The notes: generated from the sequence alone by a model not told the origin. Shown: positions 29,360-40,577, counted from the stretch's first letter. The stretch: DNA of 64,000 nucleotides from an uncultured virus (IMG/VR IMGVR_UViG_3300029305_010146) (IMGVR_UViG_3300029305_010146); one strand, 5' to 3'. Numbers and translations are program-made.

Positions 29360-29929
29360 TTGGAGGTTAATATTGTGAAAAATATTGTTTATGCAAAAGC
29401 AAAACTTCATAAGAATTGTAATTTGATTCATATTTTTTCTAAAAATGAGGAATTAAATATTGATATTCAAATGACAATGCCAGTTAATCTTGCGGACGAA
29501 AATAAAATTGTTTTTCTCTCGGCGCTTACTGTTTTAGAACCACTCTGCAGATGCAACAGAAAATTTAATTTAGTTTTTGAGTTTGATGTTGCAAAAATAC
29601 AAAACGATAACGAAAAAATTGACGAAAGCATAAAACTTTATACAAATTTGAAATGGGTTAAAGAAAATATTGAATTCTCACAAGAGCAAATCAATGTCGA
29701 AGAAAACATTTTTTACTTTGCCAACAAAAACACAATCGAAATTTACTCCGAAGAACTGGGTAAAAAATATGCTCTCGAAGTCAGTAAAACATTGCCATTT
29801 GCTATTTACGAAAGAATGAGAAGCGAATGCGATTATGCTTGGTTATGTAGCGAATGTCCAATGGGTCAATCTGGCGAATGTGAAGCAGTAATTTATGAAG
29901 AATATGCTTTGCTTCAAAATAAAAACTGA
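29360..29929 (+). CDS. Hypothetical protein
   Basis: ORF with Cys cluster at the C-terminus; start uncertain. Confidence 0.6.
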   Translation: MEVNIVKNIVYAKAKLHKNCNLIHIFSKNEELNIDIQMTMPVNLADENKIVFLSALTVLEPLCRCNRKFNLVFEFDVAKIQNDNEKIDESIKLYTNLKWVKENIEFSQEQINVEENIFYFANKNTIEIYSEELGKKYALEVSKTLPFAIYERMRSECDYAWLCSECPMGQSGECEAVIYEEYALLQNKN

Positions 29930-29944
29930 AAAGGAGATTTTTAA

Positions 29945-30508
29945 ATGCTAAATTTTTATACTGTATGTGTATTCGGTGCAGCATCTGACAAAATTGCACC
30001 TATTTACAAAGAAGAAGTTGAAAACCTTGGCAGAATGATTGCCAAGAATGATTGCTGTTTGGTATACGGTGCTGGTGCAACTGGTTGTATGGGTGCCGCA
30101 GCAAGAGGTGTTACTGCTGAAAACGGTTTTGTTTTCGGTGTTACTCCACATTTTATCGGTAAATTTGAAGAAGTTTATGATTGCAATAAACTCATTAAAA
30201 CAAGAACGATGAACGAACGTAAGACCATTATGGAAGAACATGCAGATTTCTTTGTAGTTGTTCCTGGTGGCATTGGCACTATGGATGAACTATTTGAAAT
30301 CATCACTTTGAAATATTTAGAGCAAGCAGAGAAACCAATCATTCTATTTAACATCAATGGTTTCTTTGATGATATTATCGCACTCTTAAATAGATTAGTT
30401 AAGGAAGGATTTGCTGGCGAAAGAGTCTTGACCAATTTTGAGGTTTGCAATACGGTTGAAGAAATTGAGAAAAGACTTTTAGAAGAGAAAGAGCATCATA
30501 ATGGATAA
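29945..30508 (+). CDS. LOG-family nucleotide phosphoribohydrolase
   Basis: LVYGAG..GCMG, MNERK, PGGIGTMDE. Confidence 0.9.
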   Translation: MLNFYTVCVFGAASDKIAPIYKEEVENLGRMIAKNDCCLVYGAGATGCMGAAARGVTAENGFVFGVTPHFIGKFEEVYDCNKLIKTRTMNERKTIMEEHADFFVVVPGGIGTMDELFEIITLKYLEQAEKPIILFNINGFFDDIIALLNRLVKEGFAGERVLTNFEVCNTVEEIEKRLLEEKEHHNG

Positions 30509-30770
30509 TAAATTTGATTTTGAACTTTTGGCAAGCGATTCTTTAAAAGTTCTAAAAATCCTTTATGATAAGGCAGAAGTACAACCAGATACACTGCTTT
30601 GTTGTAAAATGTCACAAGTTGATATTGTAAAAGCATCTCAATTCTGCAAAAGTAAAATAAACCAAATCATTATTAACCTTAAAAAAGAAGGTTATCTCGT
30701 TCAAAACAATTATTGCAAATACATTATTACCGAAAAAACCAAACAATTATTCGATTTACTTCAAAATTAA
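30501..30770 (+). CDS. Small winged-helix-like protein
   Basis: SQVDIVKAS...LKKEGYL...YIITEK pattern. Confidence 0.55.
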   Translation: MDNKFDFELLASDSLKVLKILYDKAEVQPDTLLCCKMSQVDIVKASQFCKSKINQIIINLKKEGYLVQNNYCKYIITEKTKQLFDLLQN

Positions 30771-30809
30771 TATAACAAAGACCCAATCTTTCGATTGGGC
30801 CTTTTTGTT

Positions 30810-31343
30810 TCACTTATTGAGGATGAGTTTTCCGTAAGATGTATCGTTTTCGTTTCTCTTGTAAATAATGGATGTGTATCCATCTTCATCAAGATAAGCG
30901 AAGAATGTATGTCCGAGCATTTCCATCTGCAAACCTGCTTCTTCATCAGTCATAGAACGAAGTTCTACCACTTTATTTCTCGCAAGGTCAAACTTTCCTT
31001 CTGTCTCATCAACATCTTCATCAAAATTCTCTACCATCGCATTATAATTCGCAAAATCATATCTGTCATGGAGTTTGGTTTTTAGTTTTCTCAACTTTCT
31101 CTTGAGGTCATCTACCGCAAAATCTACTGCAGGCAAAACCTCATCTGCAATTGCCTCGCCTCTTACGAAGGTACCGATGTGTCTCACCGTAATATCACAC
31201 TTAAATTGTTCATGCTTAAATGTGATGGTAACATCAAACTCTGCATTTTGAGGCAACATTTTTGTTACTCGTTTAAGTTCAGAATTTACCTTTTCCTTAA
31301 TTTCTTCTCGAAGTTTAAAACCTCTTGCGGTTATGTTCAACAT
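30810..31343 (-). CDS. hpf: Ribosome hibernation promoting factor (long HPF)
   Basis: NITARG, AVDFAVDDLKRKLRKLKTK, MTDEEAGLQMEMLGHTFF...IYKR...YG. Confidence 0.9.
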   Translation of the reverse strand: MLNITARGFKLREEIKEKVNSELKRVTKMLPQNAEFDVTITFKHEQFKCDITVRHIGTFVRGEAIADEVLPAVDFAVDDLKRKLRKLKTKLHDRYDFANYNAMVENFDEDVDETEGKFDLARNKVVELRSMTDEEAGLQMEMLGHTFFAYLDEDGYTSIIYKRNENDTSYGKLILNK

Positions 31344-31618
31344 AACTACACCTCCGTGTTTATTTTATTTCACAACCCTTTAGGTTGTGTTTATATTATA
31401 CACTATTTTTGCTCGTTTGTCAACCAAAGTTTTTCTTTTATAAAGTCTTTTTTCTTGATTATTTTTTTCGAAATGCTTAATATATACATGTTGTTTTTAT
31501 CATTTATGAAGGAGTTCTCGGCTTCTTCTTTGAATGATACACACATGCATGAGACTGTAAATTTTTTCTTAATGCAGTCTAATTCAAAACATGCACATAC
31601 ATAGAGGAGGATAAATCT

Positions 31619-32056
31619 ATGGAAAAAAACAAAAAATCTTTCAAACTTAACCGTCACATCATTCTTCCGATGATTGCTTTGGTTCTGTTTGGAGCTATCT
31701 TCTGCATGGGTACTTTCGGTCCTGAAGACGCTGTGACTTCTGACTTTGTTGGGTATTCTGAAGAAGATATCAATCGTTTCGCAGAGGAAGCAAAAGAGAG
31801 AGTTGAGCAGAAAGGTAATGAAAATGCCTCTCGTCTCGTTCCCGATGATGCTCCCGACCACATTTACGATATTGCTGGTTATAACGAGTACATGCGCAAC
31901 AAGATTGCTAATCGCACTCCTGAAGAGCGTGCTGCTATGGCCGATGCAAATCTAAATGCTATGCTTGATGCTTCCGAAAATAAAGAGACTGAAGTTTCTG
32001 ACGATGTGTCCGAGACTGATGTTTCTGAAGATTCCGAGGCTTCTGAAGCAAACTAA
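31619..32056 (+). CDS. Hypothetical membrane-anchored acidic protein
   Basis: GAGGAGG RBS, one TM helix. Confidence 0.7.
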   Translation: MEKNKKSFKLNRHIILPMIALVLFGAIFCMGTFGPEDAVTSDFVGYSEEDINRFAEEAKERVEQKGNENASRLVPDDAPDHIYDIAGYNEYMRNKIANRTPEERAAMADANLNAMLDASENKETEVSDDVSETDVSEDSEASEAN

Positions 32057-32168
32057 AAGGAAAGACCTACCTACCGAGAGGGTAGGTCTTTTTCTTTTTT
32101 AAAATACTTGAAAATAATAAAAAAATTAGTAATATTTAAAATATAATACCCGAAAGGAGCGATACTAT

Positions 32169-33449
32169 ATGAAAAAACTTTTATCAATCATGTTAGTTTC
32201 TGCTATAACTATTGCATCTTTGGTTTCTTTAAGTGCTTGCTCACAATTAGATGTTGCAGAACAACCAGACCCAGTTGTAGTATATGCTGAAAAAATTTAT
32301 CCAAGTGCAATCGGAAACTGTTTAACAGACCCTTCTGTTGATGTACCAGCAATCGATGCATATATGGAAGAATATAACAAAAATGCAGATGAGACTGCAG
32401 TAATTAACTATGATACAATTAAGTACAACAAAGATGCCGACTATTATTATGTAAATGATAATTCCACAAATGTCGGTATTAAATTTCGCCTTGACCAATC
32501 GAGAGCGATTGTTAGCGCATCAATTTACACTGGAACATTAGAGCAAACCACAAAGAATGTTTACAATATAGTTATTAATGCTATACAAACTTCTGGTTAT
32601 AAATCTTTAATGACTGCTGAAGATAAGGCCATTATTCAGCACACCGTAAATGGCTTTAACGGTGTATCTTCAAGCAAAAATGATGTACAACAAATTTTCA
32701 ACGGACAGGAAAATTTTGCAGCAAAGTGGCAAAATAATGTTGCTGAATTTGAAATTCCAGTAAAACCATCTGAATTGCCAAAACCAGATACATCACATAC
32801 TCTTGCAGACATTACAATGCCAACCGTTGATGTTCCTGGTATTACAATTGACACAACTATCACCGAAGGCACGCACCTTGACGGTGGAGAACCTGTTTCA
32901 CAAAAAGATATTGTTTCTGTTGTTGGAAAACTTGACACTGCAAATACACAAGTTGCTTCACTTAAGCAATATACTGAAAAAGAAAGCACAGAAGATAATG
33001 TGTTGTCCGATTTAATTGTTAATGCAACAGTGAGAGAAACTGGAAAATCTCTCACAACGGCAAATACAACAATTAGTAAGCTCGCATCTTCCGAAGCAAC
33101 CAAGGGTTTACCTTCGACAGAAACACTATCTCGTGAGATGGCAAACACTTATTCTGCATACAATGCAATGGTTAAAGTTAGTTCTGAAAGCACAATCGGT
33201 ACATCGCATTCAACCTCTGAATTAGTTAGCGGTTTGAATAAGTCTCAAAAAGCATCCGTATCAACTAGTTCTGCTTCCAGCATTTTTAACCAAATCGTTG
33301 CTGCTCAATCTCAAGTTCAAAAAACAGTCAATGGTCAATCTTCTTTGGATTATATTGAAACTCCAAATGGAACTGCAAATACAGGTTTGTCCTATAAAGA
33401 CGGAAGTTATACACAAGGTTTGAGAGCATCTGATTATGCAATTGGTTAA
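32169..33449 (+). CDS. Putative lipoprotein
   Basis: Signal peptide with LSAC lipobox; Ser/Thr-rich. Confidence 0.72.
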   Translation: MKKLLSIMLVSAITIASLVSLSACSQLDVAEQPDPVVVYAEKIYPSAIGNCLTDPSVDVPAIDAYMEEYNKNADETAVINYDTIKYNKDADYYYVNDNSTNVGIKFRLDQSRAIVSASIYTGTLEQTTKNVYNIVINAIQTSGYKSLMTAEDKAIIQHTVNGFNGVSSSKNDVQQIFNGQENFAAKWQNNVAEFEIPVKPSELPKPDTSHTLADITMPTVDVPGITIDTTITEGTHLDGGEPVSQKDIVSVVGKLDTANTQVASLKQYTEKESTEDNVLSDLIVNATVRETGKSLTTANTTISKLASSEATKGLPSTETLSREMANTYSAYNAMVKVSSESTIGTSHSTSELVSGLNKSQKASVSTSSASSIFNQIVAAQSQVQKTVNGQSSLDYIETPNGTANTGLSYKDGSYTQGLRASDYAIG

Positions 33450-33554
33450 TCTATAATAATATCTTAATGAAAACATCCAACATCTGTTGGATGTTTTTCT
33501 TTATCTATTGATTTTTTACTGTTTTTATGTTATAATGTTAAAAATAGTGAAAGG

Positions 33555-34049
33555 GTGGTTTTAGTGTATTTATCTGAAAAAGAATTTAAAAATCTATGCA
33601 AAAAAATGAATATTAAACCATCTGATTTAGATAGTAAAAAAAAGAAAAAGTCATCAAAAGCGAAAGATGAAGAATTTGATAGTTTAGCAGAAAAAAATTT
33701 TTACTATTATTATGTTCAAAAGTTTTTGCAAAATGGCTTTATTACTAAATGTGAACTACATAACGAATTTTGCATAATTGATGCAATCCCAGAATACAAA
33801 TTAAGAAAAAAAGTTTTTAAACCAGACTTTTTAATAACGACACAAAAAGAAGAAACTTTTATTATCGAAATGAAGGGAAAAGTTGTTAAAAAACTTCAAA
33901 GAGACTACGGTTTAAGAAAACATATTTTTATAGAGAAGTATTGCATTCCAAATAATTGGAAATTTATCGAATTAAAGAGTGAAGAGTGGACACAAGACCC
34001 TTTCACTGCTTCACAACAGAACATAATCAATGTTCCAAATATTAAATAA
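33555..34049 (+). CDS. PD-(D/E)XK nuclease-like protein (DUF1064-like)
   Basis: FDSLAE...KPDF...IIEMKG. Confidence 0.7.
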   Translation: MVLVYLSEKEFKNLCKKMNIKPSDLDSKKKKKSSKAKDEEFDSLAEKNFYYYYVQKFLQNGFITKCELHNEFCIIDAIPEYKLRKKVFKPDFLITTQKEETFIIEMKGKVVKKLQRDYGLRKHIFIEKYCIPNNWKFIELKSEEWTQDPFTASQQNIINVPNIK

Positions 34050-34064
34050 GGAGTGTTTGATTTA

Positions 34065-34607
34065 ATGAATAAAAAACTTTTATTTATCCTAATACCCATC
34101 GCTATTGTTCTTCTTATAGGAATAATTGTGTTAGTAATAGCATTAAATGACCAAACAGAAAAACCACAAGACACAACCAATCCTTCGGAAACAGTTATTG
34201 AGGAAATTCCAGATGATAATTTACCGCATATAGGAACAGAGGACATTACAATAAGTGGGAAAGAAATTGTAAAAATTAAAATTTCTCCAATTGGTCAAGA
34301 TGCATACAAAGAAAATTCTATTACTCTATATTCCAATGGACAGGTTTTGAGTACAATATTGTATGAAGATGGAACTAAAATTTATCAGAAAAACACAATA
34401 AAACAGGACGATATTGATGCGGTACTAAAATTATGTGACAACGCAGAATCCTTTAGTGCACCCGACGAACGCTGTTCGGAAGGTAATGAGTATATTGTTT
34501 CTTGCCCTGATTACAACTTATCAATTGAAAGCTGTGGTCTTTGCTCCCCCGAAGCAATTAACTTATTCTACAGCATTAAGAAAATACTTTTGTCAGAAGG
34601 AGTTTAA
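34065..34607 (+). CDS. Hypothetical membrane-anchored protein
   Basis: N-terminal TM helix. Confidence 0.65.
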   Translation: MNKKLLFILIPIAIVLLIGIIVLVIALNDQTEKPQDTTNPSETVIEEIPDDNLPHIGTEDITISGKEIVKIKISPIGQDAYKENSITLYSNGQVLSTILYEDGTKIYQKNTIKQDDIDAVLKLCDNAESFSAPDERCSEGNEYIVSCPDYNLSIESCGLCSPEAINLFYSIKKILLSEGV

Positions 34608-34612
34608 TAATT

Positions 34613-35746
34613 ATGATTTCAAAACTCACTAGAACTTCTTATTCAGTTGCAAAACTCACTGGTTCAACATGCAAAGGTGTAGTTACCAGTTTAAATGACG
34701 AAAGTGCTGGCATACGAATGATTACAGAAAGCACAGTTGGTGCAAACAAACTGGCGATTGTTTTAGATACTGCACAAAATAAACGAAACGGATTAGGTTT
34801 TTTTGCTTCTCTTGCTCTTTCTCTAATTTATTTAAATGGAGAATGCATTGGTAAAGTATTTTACCAAAAAGTATCCGATAGACCACAACCCAAAATGTGT
34901 ATAGAAATCGCCAATGCCCCATTGATTGATATTTATGATATTGGTATCGGAGATAGGTTTTTATTCTTTTACACAAATGGTGTCCCTATCGGTTGTGCAC
35001 ATCACGACAACTCACGAGAATTCAGCATTTTTTCTGACGATGAATGGTATACTCAAATAATTGCGACATATATTTGTACCGAATTACTCTATGGTGATAG
35101 CAAATATGCTATAAATTATGTTACACCGCAAGATGAAACATTGGAAATGTATGACGGTAATTACATTTCTGAATTATTGAAGACAGAACCGATTGAAATT
35201 CGTGAACACTACAAACATTTGATACACGAAAAGAAATCACAAGAGAAAGTTGTCGAGACTGCCAAAAAGCAATCACGCAAATCTCTTGTTGGAATTATGT
35301 TTTTTATCTTTTGCTTCTTTGCATTTGCTATCGGCATGTGTTTTGCGGTAGACTATGGAAATTATGCAGAAATTCGTGATGCAGAAGTATATCATGCCAT
35401 AAATATGGATTTGGACGGTTCTCATTTTGCGATGCAGAATAATAAACGCGGTCTTGATGTTAAATACGAAAAAGACGGTATAACAAAAGAAGAAACTATC
35501 TATGTTTCAAAGCGGACATACAACAAATATAAGAATGTTGAAGAATTTGACTTTAGAATTGTAAGAAAACTTGATGAAGACAGTCATGCTTACTATGAAT
35601 ATTATATTGGTGATATCACTTTTATGAATACCTTCAATTTTGGAACACCAATTTTCCTTTTTATTCTATTCTTATTGTTTGAAGGATTATTATTTATTCC
35701 AGTAGTCCAAAATGCCAAAAAAAAGAAAAAACTTGACAAAGCATAA
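34613..35746 (+). CDS. Hypothetical membrane protein
   Basis: AGGAG RBS, two TM helices in the C-terminal half. Confidence 0.68.
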   Translation: MISKLTRTSYSVAKLTGSTCKGVVTSLNDESAGIRMITESTVGANKLAIVLDTAQNKRNGLGFFASLALSLIYLNGECIGKVFYQKVSDRPQPKMCIEIANAPLIDIYDIGIGDRFLFFYTNGVPIGCAHHDNSREFSIFSDDEWYTQIIATYICTELLYGDSKYAINYVTPQDETLEMYDGNYISELLKTEPIEIREHYKHLIHEKKSQEKVVETAKKQSRKSLVGIMFFIFCFFAFAIGMCFAVDYGNYAEIRDAEVYHAINMDLDGSHFAMQNNKRGLDVKYEKDGITKEETIYVSKRTYNKYKNVEEFDFRIVRKLDEDSHAYYEYYIGDITFMNTFNFGTPIFLFILFLLFEGLLFIPVVQNAKKKKKLDKA

Positions 35747-35820
35747 AAATTGTGTTATTTTTTTAGTATTAACACACTTTAAGTGTTATAAAATATATTC
35801 TTTCGAAAGGATGCTAAAAT

Positions 35821-36531
35821 ATGAAATGTAATTCTTGTGGCACAGAAGTGTCAAACGGTCAGGCTTTCTGCCCTGCTTGCGGTGCACAGCAAGTTCAGCA
35901 AGCACAGCCTGTACAACAGCAGTATCAACCTGCTCAACAGCAAAATTATTATCAACCTGCTCAACAGCAGCAATATGGTGCACAGCAACCTTACGGCCAA
36001 CAGAGCCAGTACGGTGCACAGCAGCCCCAATACAATGCTCCACAAGGTCAACCATATGCTCCTCAAGGTCAGCAGTACGGTGCGCCGCAAGGTCAACCCT
36101 ACAACCCACAAGCACAGTACGGTGCGCCACAGGGACAATATGGTGCTCCACAGGACCAGTACGGCGGACAGTATCAGCAAAACAACTATGCACAACCAGT
36201 TAAACAGGAAACCCCTGCATTGATTGCTTTCTCCCATGTTCCTGTACTTTTCTGGCTCGGTCTTATTGATGGAACTCCTCGTGGTAAGAAAGCAGCAACA
36301 CAGGGTCTCTGGTTGCTCATTGCGAACATTGCAGTAAGCATTGGCATCGCTATTCTATCTGCAATTTTCACTGCTCTTGACCTTGGCATTATTTCGCTTC
36401 TTTTCTCCTTTGTTTCTTGGGGTTGGAGCATTGCAGTTCTTGTATTTTCCATCATGGGTATCGTTAAAGGATTTAACGGACAAGACTTTGAAGTGCCCCT
36501 TGTTGGTAAAATGAAGATTTTTGATAAGTAA
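35821..36531 (+). CDS. Zinc-ribbon, Q/P/Y/G-repeat, DUF4870-like membrane protein
   Basis: CNSC...FCPACG; QYGAPQG repeats; three TM helices ending VPLVG. Confidence 0.78.
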   Translation: MKCNSCGTEVSNGQAFCPACGAQQVQQAQPVQQQYQPAQQQNYYQPAQQQQYGAQQPYGQQSQYGAQQPQYNAPQGQPYAPQGQQYGAPQGQPYNPQAQYGAPQGQYGAPQDQYGGQYQQNNYAQPVKQETPALIAFSHVPVLFWLGLIDGTPRGKKAATQGLWLLIANIAVSIGIAILSAIFTALDLGIISLLFSFVSWGWSIAVLVFSIMGIVKGFNGQDFEVPLVGKMKIFDK

Positions 36532-36647
36532 GAAAAACTACTTATATAAAGCACATTGGATTTCCACTCCAATGTGCTTTTTTCTGTTGACATTCCTTTT
36601 GCTTTGTGGTATAATATATAATAGTGAAATAGAAAGGAGATGAATTT

Positions 36648-37487
36648 ATGTCTGTTTATATTACTGGCGATACTCACGGAGATTTAACCCGTATTGAAGA
36701 ATTTATCTTAAAATTTGGTTGTACCAAAGACGACATTATCGCAATTATGGGCGATGTTGGCATTAATTATTATGGTAAAGAAAATGAAAAATCCGCAAAG
36801 AAAAAATATAACGAATTTGGACCAACATTATTTTGTGTCCAAGGCAATCACGAGGAACGCCCCTACAATTTTGCATCTTATAAAATGAAAAAGTGGAATG
36901 GCGGAATCGTATATTACGAAGAAGAGTTCCCGAATTTAATTTTTGCGAAAGATGGAGAAGTTTATAATCTTAATGGTCAACAAGTTCTTGTATTAGGCGG
37001 CGCTTATTCTGTTGATAAGTGGTATCGCATTATTCGCACCTATATAAACTTCCGCTTTATCTTGTCTGAACAGTTAACTGAAACAGAATACGAAAATGCA
37101 CTTTTGTTTATTCGTGGACAAAAAACTGATACTAACGGTAAAATAAGAAAATCTCTGGAAAGGGTGTATGCTTCTTTTCCACAAGGTATTTGTAGTTGGT
37201 TTAAAGATGAGCAACCATCGGACGAAATAAAAGATTTCGTAGCAAAGCAACTCGACAAAATTAAGAGTGTAGATGCTGTATTTTCTCACACTTGCCCAAT
37301 AAAATATACTCCAACGGAAATGTTTTTAAGTTCTATTGACCAAGATAGTGTTGACCATTCAACAGAAAACTGGTTGGATGAAATTGAAAACAAACTCGAT
37401 TATAAAAAATGGTATTGCGGTCATTGGCATACGAATAAAAAAATCGACAAAATGGTATTTTTATTTGAAGATTTCGTAGAATTGTAA
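36648..37487 (+). CDS. Calcineurin-like metallophosphoesterase
   Basis: GDTHG, GD, GNHE, SHTCP, GHWH. Confidence 0.9.
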   Translation: MSVYITGDTHGDLTRIEEFILKFGCTKDDIIAIMGDVGINYYGKENEKSAKKKYNEFGPTLFCVQGNHEERPYNFASYKMKKWNGGIVYYEEEFPNLIFAKDGEVYNLNGQQVLVLGGAYSVDKWYRIIRTYINFRFILSEQLTETEYENALLFIRGQKTDTNGKIRKSLERVYASFPQGICSWFKDEQPSDEIKDFVAKQLDKIKSVDAVFSHTCPIKYTPTEMFLSSIDQDSVDHSTENWLDEIENKLDYKKWYCGHWHTNKKIDKMVFLFEDFVEL

Positions 37488-37600
37488 GGTTTTTTGCTTG
37501 ATTAATTTTCCCAAACAAGATATAATAAAAATGCAACAATAACATAGCAATTTTATTATGGTTTTTGTGCAACTCCAACAAAAAAAGGAGCGGATTTATC

Positions 37601-37873
37601 GTGCAGTGTAAAATTAAGAAAGTTAAATCTTTCAAACCAAACGAACAATGGTTTTTACCTCCTGACAACATACAGGTAATTAAACAAACTGTTGAAGCAG
37701 CACTTAAAAATGCCAAATATTCAGTTGACCCAGTAGAATATTTTCAAGCAATGAAGTCAAAATATGATGCAATTCTTGAATTAGAACGGGTCGAAAACGA
37801 TTGTACTTGCGGTGTTAAACTTAATGGGAAAGTCGTTTATATTCCTAACTTACCTAATGAAAGCGAACAGTAA
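37601..37873 (+). CDS. Hypothetical protein
   Basis: GTG start after AGGAG. Confidence 0.55.
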   Translation: MQCKIKKVKSFKPNEQWFLPPDNIQVIKQTVEAALKNAKYSVDPVEYFQAMKSKYDAILELERVENDCTCGVKLNGKVVYIPNLPNESEQ

Positions 37874-37954
37874 TTGTTCGCTTTCTTTTTTCTTCTATTG
37901 ACAAGTGCGCAAGTTTGTGATATAATATAGAAAAACATTTAAGGAGTTTTTGAT

Positions 37955-38164
37955 ATGAAATATGTGATTTTGTGCGATGAATTACCAGAAAAATGCGAAA
38001 AATGTATGTTTTTCGGAGACGGTTTCAACAAAACAGATATCCCCAATCATTTTGAACTTGTTCAGAAATGTATACTTGGTGCAACTGATAAGACCGCCTG
38101 TCCCCTCACTCCTATCAAAACAATGTTTGTAGATGATGAAGAAATGGATGTGATGAAAAAATGA
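37955..38164 (+). CDS. Small Cys-containing hypothetical protein
   Basis: Promoter, AGGAG RBS, PEKCEKCMF...CPL. Confidence 0.6.
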   Translation: MKYVILCDELPEKCEKCMFFGDGFNKTDIPNHFELVQKCILGATDKTACPLTPIKTMFVDDEEMDVMKK

Positions 38165-39060
38165 AGTTAAGCGATTTGCAATTCAAACTAAAACAAATTG
38201 CTGATTTTGTTATTGAAGAAACTTATTCTAATCTTGGCGAAAGAAAACTAAACAATTATAAAAATTTCAATCTTGTTTTATCTGAAAAGGAATACAAATC
38301 GAGATTAGGTATTTATAGAATTCAATCAAAAACAGTAGAAGTATCTTCTGTAAACAAAGTCTATTTCTATGACATAATCATCACACTGTTGCACGAATTA
38401 GCACATCATATCGAATATTGCGACAACAAAACCACTGGTCACAGTGCAAACTTTTACAAAATTCATACACAACTTTTATTCCGTGCATTGGATGCGGGTG
38501 TTATTTCTTACGAAGATGTAATGAAAACAACAGAGACTTCTCTGGCGAGGAACAAAGACAAATTCGCCAATATGGTATCTAAATATATTAAAAGAGATGC
38601 CAGAAATATTTCGTCTGTTTGCGATTTATCTTTTGTCAAAGAATATAACAAACTTTCTCCAATCAACGAAGTAATTAAAGTAAAGTGCCAATCCAAGGAT
38701 TCTAAACTCTTAAAAGATAGAGGATACTTGTGGTCTCCCGAAGAAAAAATTTGGCACAAAACATTTTATAAACAACCAGAGTATAACGCAGAAGTTAACT
38801 TTCTTATTGAAAACAAATTCTGCAACTTCAAATTAAACGGTTTTTCTTACTTTGTGAATGAAATAGTTTTTGTAGTTTACGGCAACACCTATCGTCATCG
38901 TGATAAGCTAAAAGAACTTAATTATAGTTTTATTGATAAGGAATGGAGAAAGATTGTTCCAGTTGCGAATCATCGTAGTGAATTGACAAAACTTTATAAA
39001 ATTAACGGAATTAGACTCAAATATGAGTTTGTTCAAAAAATGAAGCAGAAGACTAATTAA
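38161..39060 (+). CDS. HExxH zincin (SprT/WLM-like) domain protein
   Basis: LLHELAH...GHSANF. Confidence 0.7.
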   Translation: MKLSDLQFKLKQIADFVIEETYSNLGERKLNNYKNFNLVLSEKEYKSRLGIYRIQSKTVEVSSVNKVYFYDIIITLLHELAHHIEYCDNKTTGHSANFYKIHTQLLFRALDAGVISYEDVMKTTETSLARNKDKFANMVSKYIKRDARNISSVCDLSFVKEYNKLSPINEVIKVKCQSKDSKLLKDRGYLWSPEEKIWHKTFYKQPEYNAEVNFLIENKFCNFKLNGFSYFVNEIVFVVYGNTYRHRDKLKELNYSFIDKEWRKIVPVANHRSELTKLYKINGIRLKYEFVQKMKQKTN

Positions 39061-39074
39061 AGTCTTCTGCTTTT

Positions 39075-39611
39075 TCATTTTGTTTTAATGCAGATTTTTT
39101 TAGGTAACAATCTAAATTTCTTTTTTATAAATGGCAAGAACAGCGGAACACCCATAGGGTTTAGCATATCCATAAACAGATGACTAAAAATTCCGATACT
39201 TAATCCGACCATTCCCAAATCCAACCAAGGATTATTAAATACAAACAACATTAATAGAATTGGAATGGATAAAAACAGCAAAGAGTGTGTAATTCCTCTG
39301 TGTCCAACAAAATCCTTTGTATATTTGAATTTTCCAAAAATAAACTGCAAAATTCTATATGGTATTGATGCAAGGAAAAACTTTTTAGACATTGTAGATG
39401 TTGGGTGGTCAATATCGGGTAACAAAGAACCTAACCAAGAAGAACCAACAACTACGCCTGCATTTATCATATCTCCTTGTGTAATATCTCCATATATAAC
39501 ATTGCTGAAAGAATTTTCTACAAGCAAATTCGCTTCTGGGATTTTGTGTAAAACATACAATCCTGCCAAACCAAAAACAACACCTGCCATAGCATGTACT
39601 TTTCCGTTCAT
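39075..39611 (-). CDS. Inner-membrane metal-dependent hydrolase (YdjM-like)
   Basis: MNGKVH, GSLLPDIDHP, HRGITHS, SHLFMD...GVPLF. Confidence 0.88.
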   Translation of the reverse strand: MNGKVHAMAGVVFGLAGLYVLHKIPEANLLVENSFSNVIYGDITQGDMINAGVVVGSSWLGSLLPDIDHPTSTMSKKFFLASIPYRILQFIFGKFKYTKDFVGHRGITHSLLFLSIPILLMLFVFNNPWLDLGMVGLSIGIFSHLFMDMLNPMGVPLFLPFIKKKFRLLPKKICIKTK

Positions 39612-39710
39612 ATTTCGTTCTCCTTTTATTATTCTTTCCCTTATTATACCACATAATTTTCATAATGTCAACAGAAAAATCCCATTGTTTTTCAACAATG
39701 GGATTGTTCT

Positions 39711-40403
39711 TTACTTTTTACCGAAAAGTCTTTTCCACAAGGATGCCTTTTGAGGGGAACTCTCTTCGTTTTTCACTTCAATAGACTGTTTCTCCTCATT
39801 TTCTTCGACTTTCGAAGTCTCTTCCGATTCACGAACCTGTACCTCGCTTACTTGCGGTTCGCAGTTCTGCGAAACCTCTTGCTTTTGCTCTTGCTCTTGA
39901 CAAACTTCAGCGAAAAGTTTCAGTTGGTGTTCGAAATTTTCATCGGACATACAAAATTCGATAACATTCTCCGCATTACTGTCGCCAAACTGTCGCAAAG
40001 AATTCAGCATCTCTTTCATATTTTTAATCATAAGAGACTTCTTCACAGAATTCTGTACATTGCGCAACTGCGGACTGTTTTCTGGAACTCGATAACCATA
40101 CAAATCTTTCGTTGCCTGCTTCACAATAGCATTTTCTTTCTGAATAGCATTTTCATAAGAATAAATAAGCGGGTTCTTCGAAATCTTCACGATGGTTTTC
40201 TTTGCGATGTCAAAGCGCTTTACTTCTTCATCGTTTTCCTGTTTGTTTACCCGAAGTTCAAGGGACGCCAAAAGATAGATTACCTTTGTGTAAGTACTTG
40301 CAATAATATCGTACTTTTTGACAGATATGTTGTAGGAAGGTAAATCAACCTTCGTCATGTCTACCAAAGACAATACATTCTGCAAGTTTTCCCGACCATT
40401 CAT
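39711..40403 (-). CDS. Hypothetical protein with C-terminal amphipathic tail (SLWKRLFGKK)
   Basis: AGGAGG RBS before ATG 40403. Confidence 0.68.
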   Translation of the reverse strand: MNGRENLQNVLSLVDMTKVDLPSYNISVKKYDIIASTYTKVIYLLASLELRVNKQENDEEVKRFDIAKKTIVKISKNPLIYSYENAIQKENAIVKQATKDLYGYRVPENSPQLRNVQNSVKKSLMIKNMKEMLNSLRQFGDSNAENVIEFCMSDENFEHQLKLFAEVCQEQEQKQEVSQNCEPQVSEVQVRESEETSKVEENEEKQSIEVKNEESSPQKASLWKRLFGKK

Positions 40404-40493
40404 TTTTATATCCTCCTTTATATTTTTTAAAATGGTACTAATATAATAATATTCTTTCACCAAAATATTTTCAAAAAATATTTTAAAAACTAC

Positions 40494-40522
40494 TTGACAA
40501 AACAAATCCAATGTGCTATAAT
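40494..40522 (+). promoter_or_regulatory. Sigma-A promoter of tRNA operon 3
   Basis: TTGACA-17-TATAAT; shares AATGTG.TATAATGAGT with promoter 1. Confidence 0.85.
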
Positions 40523-40577
40523 GAGTACAACGAAAGTCGAAAACGACTAAAAATCTTACGAAAGGTAGTGCACAGTT

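Noticed and set aside
35890..36190. Tandem DNA repeats and overlapping ORFs in several frames
   Set aside because: A by-product of the Q/P/Y/G low-complexity coding linker.
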